A stretch of 64,000 nucleotides of DNA from Lama glama (lineage: Eukaryota): contig CM052817.1 in NCBI GenBank assembly GCA_028534125.1, positions 2,296,001-2,360,000 on the forward strand, written 5' to 3'. Below, one piece after another: positions 46,796 through 58,900 of the stretch (the first letter of the stretch is position 1; every line of letters starts with the position of its first letter). A program made the position numbers and the translations under genes. The notes beneath the pieces are model-generated. The model was not told the origin of the DNA. It saw only the letters and a program-made list of their open reading frames with translations, and searched no databases.

Positions 46796-49700
46796 ACCAG
46801 GCACCAGGCACTTGTGCCTGGATTTCAGTGAGCAGACCTGCTGATCTTGCAGCAAACCACACCAAGTTTTTTGCTGTAGGACCGAGCACTGTCCTGTGGT
46901 CTGGGCTCCGCGGAGCCCACAAGTACAGTTCAGAGATGATGAGGGAGGGGCCGGGGGCTCAGGGTCACTCGGCTTAGCCCCTTAGGCGCTCCCCACCGCC
47001 CTGGAGCAGCTGCACCCCTGACATGGAGATCTGTGTTCTACGTGAGGCAAGGCAGTGTTAAAGGGGACAGTGGGAATAACAGGATGCACTTGGAAGACCC
47101 CAGAGAAGGCCTCCCAGCCCCCGTGTGCTCCATGGACCTGTTAACCCTGGGGCAAGTGCTAGAAACACAGACTCCCGGCCACCCCAGACCCTCTGAACGG
47201 GACTCTGCAGGTCAACCAGATGCCCGGGGTATTCTGTGCCGCTCCTAGCGCAGGTCCGAACTACCCGGCTCTCCAAGGACTCAGCTCACCCTGACTCAGA
47301 GAGTGTGTCCGTGCCCCATAATCCAGCCACCGCGGTCCATCTGGGGCCAGGAGCCTGGCTGAGAAGGGCCTTCACACCTGCCGCTGAGAGTGCTCTGAGG
47401 ACCCTCCGGACAGGTGGCTGTCCAGGCCCTTCTCGAATACTCCCAGTGACAGGGAGCTCACTGCCACGCAGGGCAGCAGGGTGGGCGGCGCCAGCGGCTT
47501 GAGGGTGTTTCCTGCCTGGCGCCCGCAGGGGCCGCGCCAGCGGTTTGGGCCTGGCTTTCCCAGCCTGCACTCCGCCTGGCTCAGACTCAGTGTCCTCATC
47601 TCTCCTAGGAGGAGACAGTGTCCCAGCCCTGTTGTGAGAGCACTTGTGCTTCGGGGACATTGAGGGACCAACCAGTCAAAGCACACGACAGGGGGCAGGT
47701 CTCTGGCGTCCCAGAGACAACGTGTCACTCCCCTCTGAAACAGTCGATGGCGGCATCGCAGGAATGACCAGGATCGGAGGGCAGAAGAGGCGATGAAGTC
47801 ACAGACGCTGCGAGGCTCAGTCACCCAGGCCACTTGCTGCAAGGCAGCCCCTGGGGCCCCTTCCACAAGCTCTGACTCAGGACACCCTTGGCGGGCACAG
47901 GGCTTTCCATGTTAACCAGAGTCCAAGGGACTATGATGCGGGAGCTCGCAGGAACAGGCTGTAAGGAAACGGGGACCCCCGGGACCTTCCGGGGGTCAAA
48001 TATTAGCCTTATTGGGCCCTTGGGCCACGCCGGCTGTCTGCCCAGTGAGAGAAATTTGAGAGCAGAGCTGTGACTGCTTGTGCCACTGTGAAAACTGCAT
48101 GCACACTTACGTGTGTGCAGCGTGCCTGCAGCCCACAGGAGTGTGCACGCAGACGCACGTGTGGCTCCCACACACACGTGACTTACCCGAGCACCTGGGG
48201 CCCTCGCACAGGCATGTGAGGCACACCCCCTACCTGCATTTGCACTTCTGCACAGGACATGCACACACAGCATGTCCTATCAACCTGCCTGCTTTGTGCT
48301 GTTACAGGAGCCTCCATCCCGTTTTCTCCTAGTAACTGGGCAGTGTCTGTAAAGACAAGGCAAGTCCCTCATCTCAGCTGATTCAGCAGGTGGATGCTGC
48401 CTGCCAGCTCCAGGCCGGGTCCTGCTCTGGGCACCGTGGAGGGGCTGCCTAGAGACCAGTGGACACAGACTCTGCCTGCTCCCAGCTCACTGTCTACGAG
48501 GGAACCGGACAGGTAAGTGGGCAGGGGTCACCTGGGGCTGTCCGCATTGGTCTGAGGCAGCCCAGGTGAGCAGAGAGGTGTGTGGGTGCTCGAGGGTGGA
48601 GTGGGAGGCTGGGGGGAGCAGGACACGAGCCTGAAGGATTGAGGTATCTGCCCCTTCTGGGCGCAGGAGCAGCCTGAGGTGAGGCGGAGACCAGGTGGAT
48701 CCAGCCCGGGGCATGGGAGGAGCAGGTGCCCATGAGGACGGTACACTATTCCGGGGGCCCAGGGTGGGGAGAGCTGCCCACGGGGTGCCTGGGCGGGAGC
48801 CCTGTCCCCTCCCCACTGCTGTACAGTGGTGCCCCACCCCGTCTCCTTTGTCCTTGTAACCCCGCAGGTGGAGCCTCAGAAGGGACTGTGGCTAATTAGG
48901 TTTTCTGCTCAGCCCGGGGTCGATGGCATCTCCTTCTCCTGCTGCCTTGTTCCCTCGGGACTGCTCCCAGCGCATCCTCCTCTCCTCCCGGAGACAGGGA
49001 TGGCCCACCCTGTCGTAATCTTCTCTAGGAAAGGACAGGCCACCTGGGAGATGGCCCCATCAGCACAGCAGCCTGTCACCCAGGAAGGAAGGGCAGGCTG
49101 TGGCCATGGGTCAGCAGAGCCACGGCCCACCTGCGCCACCTGCGCCACCTACCTCCTTAGGACCCTTGCCCGTGTGTGGAAGACAAGCTGTCATCTTCTA
49201 TTTGCAAGCCCTCCGAGTCCCTCCTGGCTGTGCCCCAAGGCTCTCAGGAGGAGGTGGCCCTGGAGACTAAGAGACAGGCCAGCAGGAGGTGGGGACACAT
49301 GCCTGCGCAGACTGGAGGCACGACGCCTGCGGGAGCCCTGAGGAGGACAGTCGCTTCTGTGGGCTTCCCGTGAACAGATGACACTCCACAGGGTGTGGCA
49401 AACAAGCAGGTGTTCTCCAGATAGTAGAGGAGGAGAGGGACACAGGAGAGTCCGGGGGAGGGACGAGGCAGGGAGACTGCTGGGGGAGTACAAACATGGA
49501 CACAGAAACCTCAGCCCTTGGAGGGAAAGACCGAAACACAGACCACTCACTGAGGAAGCTTAAGGTGTCAATAGTGCAACCTGGATGGGCTTCCAGGAGG
49601 AGGCAGCATCTACACCCTGGTGTGGTAAGAGGTGCAGCCAGGAGAGGCCCCCCTGGCAGTGGGACCAGAAGCCTTCTGAGAGCCAAGTCAGGCCCTGAGG

Positions 49701-52700
49701 ACAGACACCCTTGGAGTCCTGAGGGCTCCTAGCTCTCCAAGCCTTAGTGCTTCTGTGCCAATGCCCCTGTCTCCAGCACGTGGGACACCTGTCACCTGCC
49801 GAGAGGGCTCTTAGGCTGAGGTCCCTAGAAGCAGACCCTGAGACAGGGAATCCTGTGCAAGCAGCTTGTCTGCGGCGTGACCCCAGGAGGGGCGTGAGGA
49901 GTGAGGTGAGGAGGGTCCGGCCACCCAGGTGTGTGCTGAGAGCGGTGACCGCTGCCTGCCAGGGGCTTTGTCCCACTGCGGGGCCCTGAGCCTGGAGGAT
50001 GTGCTTCGGGGATGCTGGGAGCTTCCCTCCCACTCCCAGTGTGTGGGCTGCTGCGCCCCTCCGTCCTGCCCCACGTGAGAGAGGCCTGGGGGGCCCTGGG
50101 GGAGGGCCCCAGGCACTTGCAGAGTATCAGCCTCTGAGTCCTGCTGAGCCCTGGGTGAGGGTCCTTGGCTCTGCCCCCTCCCCAGCCACGGCTCCTCTCT
50201 CTGCCCTGCCCCACAAGCCTTCTCCAGCCAAAAAGTGCCTTCCAGAATGCTCCCGGCCATGCGGCTGCCTGCACACAGTCTCGCAGGCTCCCTACTGCCT
50301 TGTAGGCGCCCGGCTCCTGGACTGGGCTGACAGCGGCCGGACTCCTGGCTTTGGTGCCTGCTCAGCACACATTTGCTAAGCTGCAGCGAGGAAGTGGTTG
50401 GTCAGTCGGTGGCTCCCCGCTCATTGGTGTCACCACTATGGGCTCGGTCCAGCCCCAAACCCTTCCTGACCCCCTCGTCAGAGGCCAGTGGATGCTCAGG
50501 CACCTCGTGTTGCCCCTCCCACTCTCACTCTACCCCCACCGAGACAGGAGGCGTCCGGGAAAGTGGGTGTCCAGCGAGGGTCCCAGGGACAGGCTTTTCC
50601 CGCACTTCTCAGGGTGCTCTGTCTGGCCCTCGTCCACCCTTTCCTCACATGCGTCCTGACCCCGTGGGGCTTCATGTGACTGTCAGTCCCAGTGCCCCCA
50701 CTTGACAGGGGTGAGCGTGTGACTGCACATCTTGGGGCCACACGCAGTGAACACAGGCGGGCGGTGACCCAAGTGGACGGAGTCCAGTCCCTCCTCGGAA
50801 GTTTCCACGTTGCTGGTGGAAGGACCCTCTCCCTCCCCTTGGACTCTGAGTGTCAGGATGCTTCCCGCCACATGGAGAGAGAGCCTGTCTGCATGGGGCC
50901 GCAGGGCTCCCTGCAAGATGAGGGAGCGGGGGGGGTGGGGGTGGGGAGCAGGGGAAGAGGGGGCGGGGGAGGGGGCGGGGAGATCAAGGGATGGGACAGC
51001 TGTGCCCAGGCCATCAGACTTGCTGACAGCATCTGTGCTGCTTCTGCGCCCCTGGGACCCACCGCTCTGGGGTCCTTTGTACCTAAATGACACAGATGGC
51101 AGGGGTGACATGACATTTCAGTCCTTCTGAATCCCTATATGAAACCAGGGCACATGGAAACTCAGATGCCAGGGTCACTTGCCTCTGAACTAGCGACAAG
51201 GGAACCCACACAGCTCCGCACACAGTGGGTGAGGACCAACACTCAGCCTGGGGCCTGGAGAGGCGTCTGCTGGAGCAGCGGGTGGACCGAGAGTGGCCTC
51301 TGAGGAAGCACAGGGCCCTGGGAGGACGGCGGCACCGGGGCAGGTGTGTCCAGCCCAGCAGCAGGTGGTGGCCAGGATCCACGTGGGGACAAACGGGACT
51401 GCCCCCCAGGCTCCCTTCCGGGACAGGCCCGGGCGGAGAAGCTGCTGGAAGGGTCTCACGACTAAGCCAGAGGGCACCACAGCCAGCGAGAGGCTCCAGC
51501 CCTGAGCCGGGTGGCGGCGGGAGCCAGGTCCCCAGTGCCCCACGGAGCTTGAGAAACCGGTTTCAGCAGAAAGGAATCGGCATCAAAGCCCTGCAAACGG
51601 AGGGTGATGTCCCCGGACAGAGCAGGCCAGAGGGCCGCGCCCACAGCCGGCTCGGGGCCGGGCCTCGACGGGGTTTTGAGGGTTTTGTGTGTGTGCGTGC
51701 AGGAAGGTAATCTTTATTATATTTCACTTTTTGATTTATTACATTATATTATATTATATTAGTTTATGTATTTCTGCTTAGAAACAGAGCAGATAGCAAG
51801 TTCATGAGGTATTTTTTGATGCTGATTCTTTTAAAATCAGGCTTCAGTCTCAACCATCAGAAGCCAGCCCTCCCTGCACAGACGTTTGGTCACTATTATC
51901 ATCTTCAAAGCAGTAGCAAAAAGTAGCGTAAAGGAAATGGCTGAGAACTGCTGACGTGCCCAAAATGTGGATCACTGCCTTAAACCCTATCCCTGTATTT
52001 TCTCAGTGTTCTTCTTAAACACTGAGCAATTATTTTTATTCAGCCAGCAAAGTACCCACCGTGCACATAGCATTCCATAGCATTCCCTAGCAGATCGACT
52101 TCGCATCTAGCGCCAGCCGTCAACTTTAAACGCCCTGAATCGCACTCAGCAGACAGAACCCACCTCGCGGGCGCACAGCTGACCTGAGAGACGGGGTGAC
52201 CATCCTCGGGGAAGAACTGGAAATAGAGTTTAAAAACCACCCCGGAAGAAAGACTAACCTAGAATAAGCACAACCCAGGGCTTTACAGTAACAAGCAGAA
52301 AAGGAGTGTGCCTAAGATCACAGGGAAATGGAGAGGCAGGACTCCACGGGCCGAAGAGGATTCTGGAGGGTGGGGGGACCGTCCGGAGCCCGGCTGCTGG
52401 AGCCACGCCAGGAGGGACCCAGCCTCGCTGGGCACCTGCATGGAACTGTCACAGTGGGTCCTCCCCGACTTTTGAGGTGGGGGCCCGTGACCTGCCGGGG
52501 CAGGAGCAAAGGTCTGTCTCCCCAGCGTCTCACACCCAGCACATGGTAGAACAAGGTTCTGGCTGGTTCCCACCCTAGGTCCTCCCTAATGCACCCCGAG
52601 AGCTGGTGCTGCCCCCCAAACCCGGGGCTCGGGGCCTCTGGAGCTGCCGGGAAGGAAGGAGACAGGAGGCCCCACAGCCACACTGCTTGTCACCCACGCC

Positions 52701-52754
52701 CCTCTCTGCATGTCACTTCTCAGCCCGCCGTCGGTGAAAAGGTTGTGGGGGTGC

Positions 52755-52960
52755 CAGCACCAGACCAGCCTCCAGTTCAAACCTGGCTCCCTGCTTCCTG
52801 GCTGTGTGAACGCAGGCAGGGAGCGCAACCTCTCTGAGCCTCGTTTCGTGACAAAATGGGGCTGTGCGGGTGATAATCGCTGAGGACAGCAACGCGGAAC
52901 TGCCCAGCCGCGACTCCAGGCCCACGGGGGCTCTGAGTGCCGCCCACGTGTCGCCTGTCT
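52755..52960 (+). mobile_element. MIR SINE
   Basis: gttcaaacctggctcc...aacctctctgagcctcgtttcgtgacaaaatgggg. Confidence 0.65.
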
Positions 52961-55900
52961 AACGCCCACCGGGCGCCTCTGAGGAAGGCACGGTCATTAC
53001 CCTCATTGCAGAGATGAGGGGACGGAGCCCAGGGCAGCCGTCTCCCTCCTACGCTGCCCGTGGGCGAGGAGAGCAGCTGCAGAGCGACGCAGGGCCCGGC
53101 TCCTCGGGCCGCACAGGTGCCGCTGCTGTGTCCCTGGAGGTCCCAGTGGACCTGGCGTGGAGCCGAGGTGTTTCCGGCAGAGGGGAGTGCGAGGCGGCAG
53201 GGCCGGGCGCCTTGCCCAGGCCTCCCAGTGTGGACAGAGCTGGCCTGGAATCGAGGCCTCAGACTCGGGCTCGGGCGCCCGCAGCCCTCCCGGCGGCCCG
53301 GGAGCCGAGGGCACTGGAGGGCGGGGTCTGGGCAGCACCCCGCCCTGGCCGCCCCAGACCCCTTGCTACAGAGTGTTGCTCGCCTCCCCGAGGGCTTCCA
53401 TGGCACAGCCTTAAAAACCACACAGCAGCTCGTTAAGCCCCCGGCGTGCCCTTATCCTGAGAGCACGTTCGTGCCCCTGACGCCCTCGCCCCAGCGCAGG
53501 GCGCCGGCTCCCTCTGGACCCCACCGGCCCCTGGCCGTGCTTGGCCTCTGGCTGCCCTCCACCTGCCTCCCCCCACCCCCCGGCCCAGAGGAGGGGTGCG
53601 GGGCTTGGCGAGTCCTCAGCAGGGCTAGCTCGGGCCGCTTCTACTCTATAAACCTGCAGGGAGCGGGGCGCGAGCACGACCGCCGAGTGGCGCAGTGGTC
53701 GGCACGAGGTGGTGGGGCTCCAGGTGAGGTTCCACTTTCCCCCTATACTTCTTTGTGTTCAACAACGTAGGAGTGTGTGATTTGTCTAACTGCAGGACCT
53801 ATAAAGCTCTTTGGGTTCTGCAGGGAGGAGAAGGGAGCTCGCTGCACGCCCAGGGGTTCGGGCGGCGGGATGTTTAGACCTGGGAGTGAGGCAGAGTGAT
53901 GGGGTGACGGTGGGGGGGTGGCAGGTGGCCCCCCAGCACCCGCTCTCTCTGGATGTGGCTGCAGGCTAACTGCTTCACAGGCGTCCGGGCACCGTGGCAC
54001 GTAATTCTCATCCAAAGTCGTCCAAGCGCCAAGCTGGAGGGCCCTGGGTCCCGCCGGCAACTGCCTCCTCAGATCCGCGAGGCGGAGGATGAGCCCGGGG
54101 TCCGGGGCGGCCCTGGGAGTCGTGCTCTAGTTCAGTTAGCGGTTGAAGCTCCCTGCGGGAGTCCTCCAAAGGCCGAGCGTGCAGCCTCCCAGGACATGGG
54201 GCCGCCAGGTGCTGGGCCTCTCCAGGAAGGAAGGAGAACGGGGAGTTTCAGCCAGGGAGGGGCTCGGCCTGTGACAGCAGTGCCATCCTTACTGAGGCCA
54301 GCTCCTTGCGGGGCACTTAGCTGCCGTCTTCCCAGGTGGGTCTGGGTGCTCCCAGGATCACAGGGGACTTGCCTGGTCTGGCAGGAAGGAGTTGGTGGAA
54401 GTTAGGGTCCAGCCCTAAGAACCGACCAGAGGCAGGTAATGCGAGCGGGAAAGAAGTCTGGGGAGGTGCCCAAGGCTGTGACCTTGTGAGTGGGCAGGGA
54501 GAGGCCTTGTTCTGGGATGAACTGAGCTTGGGTTCAACTTTAGGTGGTGTCTGGGGTCGGCAAGCAGAGCACCCAAAAGGAGGTGGCAGCGGGAGCCTCG
54601 GGCTTGGGTGAGGGTCCAGGCTGGACGTGGAGGTCAGTGCGGGTGCGAGCCCCCGGGACGGGTGCGTGCAGAGGGACCAGGAGAGCCCTGGCAGATGCCC
54701 GCGTGTAAGGGGAGGAGGAGGAGCCCCGGGCAGCGGGGCCACGTGCGGGGCAGGAGCCATCGGTGGGCCTGCAGCCGCGGGATAGTGGTGCCTCGGCTCT
54801 GTGGAGGCCGGGAAGGAGAAGCCAGGAGGGGGCTGGTGCTGGGCCATCTTGGGACAAGTGGCCTGGACACTTGACCTTCCTCGTGGAGGCGTACCAGCCC
54901 CTCAATGTGCTTTTGTATTGCAGTCTCTCCACTCCATCGGGTGCTGTTGGAGGCACAGCCTGTCCCAATACCACAGGCAAGCCAAGCAGTCTCCACCCTC
55001 AGACTTTAAATCGGGAGCAAGAAATAAAGGGGGAGAAAGAGCAGCAGTGGAGAATTCTGGCAGCGGCAGCAGTTACAAAACATGCTGGGATCCTGGCAAG
55101 AGGGGTGGTGGTGGCGCCACAGCAAGATGGGGTCCCCAAGTAGTGGCCGCAGGGACGCAGCATCTGGCACTGGCCAGAGCTTCCCGGGGTGGGAGGTGAG
55201 TGTTGTTCCTGGATGCCCGGCTCAGAACCGGGTGTCCCAGACCTTCTGGAAGGTTGTGAACTGCTCACAGCCCTCTTAATGGTTCCACTTTGGCTCAAAT
55301 GGCCCTAGCTGGTTTCTGATGCTTTCAGGCGAAAACTGTGACCACTAACAGGACTCGGTACCCGAAGCGGGGTGCCCGGACGAAGCACAAGGCCCAAAAC
55401 ATGGGCTGGGCAGGAGACGGGGAGGCAGCCTTCTGTCTGATGAAAACCTTCGCTGCCTGTTTAAATGTGGGGCGAGCGCGGCAGGCCCCCGAGGCCGGGA
55501 TTCTGGGGGAAAGCGTGGGGAATTCCAAGGTGGTGTGAGCTGGCTACTCCCAAGGGCCCCTGAGGAAGTGGCTGGCACCAGGCGCTGAGGGGACAATGCA
55601 GGCTTGGAGCAGCGGCCGCTAAGACTGCAGTGAGACTAAGCCCATTTCCCAGGCCTCCTCCAGGAGCCTCCGAGGGCCCCCTCTGCGGTCACAGGGACAG
55701 CCCAGCCGGCAAAAGTCGGAGCGCAGCGATGGGAGGTGTGGGCTGACCGGGCCGAGGGGTCTGCAGGGCTGGGATCGAGGGTCCGGCCAGGAGCTCTGCC
55801 TGAGGCCGCTGCCTCGTGGCGCTGACTGGACGTCCAGACTAGCAGCCAGCTAAGATGGCACGAGAACTAGCTGGCCGAGCAAGCCTGAGCTTGACGGACA

Positions 55901-56084
55901 GAAACCGGAGATGGCTCACCTCTGCCTGCAGGCCAGGCACAGGGCCGGGCCGGGCCAGGGAGGGTGGGGGAGGCATTCCCCTCCCGGGCAAAATGTAAGG
56001 GGACCTCGGAAAACTCAGTCCTCGAGGCAAGTAATATGTTTTTTTTTTAGCCTTGCAAACATTTTATTTAGAAATTTCGAGTCA

Positions 56085-56145
56085 CTTTTTTGCCGAGGTA
56101 TAGTCAGTTCACAATGTTGTATCGATTCCTGGGGCAGAGTGTAAT
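56085..56145 (-). mobile_element. Extreme 3' end of a cetartiodactyl/camelid L1 (~60 bp)
   Basis: ttttttgccgaggtatagtcagttcacaatgttgtatcgattcctggggcagagtgtaat is the antisense of the L1 terminus that also ends the adjacent copy. Confidence 0.7.
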
Positions 56146-56400
56146 CCAGATACTAACTGCTGCGTGAAGAACAGATGAACAGCAAGCTTCTCCTACAGAG
56201 CACAGGGAGCCGCATCTAACATCATGTAGTCACCTATGATGGAAAGAATATGGAAAGGAACGTGTGTGTGTGTGTGCGCGCGCGTGACTGAAGCATGCTG
56301 TGCACCAGAAATTGGCACGTTGCAAGCTGACTAGACTTCCACAAAAAAAAAAATAATAAAATAAACAAATACATACATACACAAATAAATACAGAAATAG
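56146..56400 (+). mobile_element. 3' UTR and A-tail of a cetartiodactyl/camelid L1
   Basis: cagatactaact...agcacagggagc...tgtagtcacctatgatggaaagaatatg...tgctgtgcaccagaaattggcac...ctgactagacttc, followed by a poly(A)/A-rich tail. Confidence 0.82.
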
Positions 56401-57699
56401 AATAGTTTAAATACAAGCTGAGTTTTCCAGGAACGCATCTATCTTGTAAATTGGGGAAATAGGCACATTAAAAGAAACGGGGCCGCAGGTCACCAAAAAT
56501 GGAAACGCGTCGCCAACGTCGGCGCCGCCCCGGGCACACCGCTCCTGTGCTTCCTGCCCCGCGGCCCCGCCAGCGCCACACACCGACCCGCAGGCCTTTA
56601 GAAACGAAAGCCCCGCGTCCTTTCAGCCCTCCTGTGCGTGCGAGTTAGGGCGTTACGGCGCCTTTTAAAGTGCATTTGTGTGATGGGTTAAACTGCCCGT
56701 ATCGTGCCAGGACTGTAACCTCGTGTAGAACAAAGGAATGCCTGAGAATGATTTTTTAAATCAGTAACTGCATTCAGTAAAGGGCCGTTTCCTGAGTATC
56801 TGCTGTGTGGCAAGGACTGTGGCAGGTGCTAGGTTCCCACACCCGTCCGGTCCTTGTGAATCCCTGCAGGTGGGAGGCATGGCGTCCCCGTTCACAAAAG
56901 AGGAAACAGCCTCGCAGAGAGTGAGCGTGGTGGGGGGCGAAGCGGGGAGCCCCGTGGGACCGACCCCCCACACGTACCCACATGGGAGGCAACAGCTGAG
57001 GGCGCACCCGCCCAGGGCAGAAACCAGACTGAGGACGGTATGATGAGGGCGGCCCTGAACGGGCAGCACCCCGCCCCGGCGACCCGACGTTCGTGGTAAC
57101 ACTGAGGTGGAAGAGGCCTTCCGTCCTCCTGCAGCAAGTCGCACCCCTGAGGCCCACCTGCGCCCTGAGCTCTCCCGGCCCTTGAAAAGGCAGTTCCCTG
57201 GCGGGGTATCCTTTCCCCGAAGGGCGCCACCAACCTTTCCAGCCAGGCAAAACGCTCTCTGACACGCCTGCTGCCGCCGTGGGCAGTCAGGGCGCCAGCC
57301 CTTTTCGGCCCCTTCCGCAGACAGACCAGCGCCCACAGGAGGCTGCCCCAGCCTCAGGGGCCCCAGGGCAGCTCTTGGAGACAAGCATTTTTTCCCACAA
57401 GAGTTCTTATATCCTTTCCCTCTTTTTTGTACCACATATTTATTACGTCATCTAACAAAATCTTGAAGCCAGCAGAAAAAAATCAGGGGTAATGAATCAT
57501 CCTGAAAGAAATAACAGCAACACTTTGCTGCTTCTCCTCAAATAGTATTTGTCCTGTAAAAATAGATTATCTTGGATTGCAAGGGGAGGGTGCACATAAA
57601 ACCGCCTGTGTGATGAGGACTTGTCAGAAGGGCCCTTGGGGACGTAAGTGAGCAGGAAACCGCCCCAGCGGCACCCAGCCCTCCGGCCTCTCCGCTGCT

Positions 57700-58900
57700 G
57701 GGTCACGTGTCTACGGCTCTGCGGTTCGGTGCACGTGCGCTGAAGACGGCTGTGTCGTCCTGGCCGAGCGACCTTTTTATCGCTGCATCGTTCTGTATGT
57801 CCCTGCTTGTGCCTGGTGCTTTTCTTTGCTCCGAAGTCCACTTTACCTGACGTGAGTATTGCCTGCACACTGTCGTGGGACAGTAACACGGCCACTCCTG
57901 CTTTCCTCTGATTAACGTTCGCATGATTAATTTTTCTCCGTGCATTTACTTTCAACATACCTCTTCATTGTATCTGAGGTGAGTTGCCTTTACACAGCAC
58001 ACGCAGGGGCCATCTTTCCTGTCTGCTCTGTCAGCCTGTCATTTAATTGGTGCAACTAGACCATTTGCATTTAATGTAGTTGTAAATATGCCAGGGCGTA
58101 AGTTGCCCCCGCCCTTTTTTGGTTCTCTGCTTATTCTCTCAGTTTCTCCTTTCTCTGTTTTCCCCCTGCTTTCCTGCAGGTTACCTGAACATCGCTTTGA
58201 ATTCCATTTTGACGTGTCCCTCGTGTAGTTGAGTGTGTCTGCTTGTGTGGGTTTCTACGTGTCTGACCCAGTTATTACATGACGTACGCAACATCACAGG
58301 CCACCTCTGTCACCATTTTCCAGTTTTGGTGAAGTACAAAAACACTGCCTCCTTTTAGGTCCTTCTGCTGCCCCACGTTTATAATATAATTGCCTTAAAT
58401 ACCTCCTCCACATGCACTGAGAATCATGTCAGACAGTGTTATAATTTTTGCTTCAACTGTCAAACATGATTTAGAAAATTCAGGAGGAGGAGGAAGGCCT
58501 GTTTTATTTACACACATTTTTGCTTATCATGGCCTTCCTTCCTTCCTGATGTTCCAAGGTTCCTCATTTTATCATTTTCTGTTCAGAGAGCTTCCTTTAT
58601 CCAGTCTGTTAGGATAAATCCACTGATGACAAACACCCACAGCTTCTCTTCATCTTGGAGGGCCTTGCTGTCCCCTTAATTCCTGAAGGACATTCTCTCG
58701 GGGTTTCGAATTCTGGGGTGGCCATTCCTTCACTCCGGCCTGGTTTATGAAGAGAAACCTGCTTTCTCTCAAAGTGTTTCCTCGACAGGCATCATTTTTC
58801 TCTGGCTGCTTTCAAGACTTTTGCTTTGTCTTTAATTTTCGGAAGTTTGATGGTAATGTGTCTTGGTGTGGACCCCTTTGGGTGGATCCTGCCTGCAGTT
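57700..58900 (-). mobile_element. Old L1 fragment (inter-ORF region and ORF2 endonuclease start)
   Basis: The minus-strand translation LKVNARRKINHANVNQRKAGVAVLLS...KVDFGAKKSTRHKQGH matches the L1 ORF2 EN motif LKVKGWKKIYHAN..QKKAGVAILISDKVDF. The T-rich continuation is typical of L1M. Confidence 0.85.

Noticed and set aside
57497..57958. 153-aa ORF with endonuclease-like motif
   Set aside because: It is a degraded L1 ORF2 fragment. The similarity breaks by frameshift after about 55 codons.
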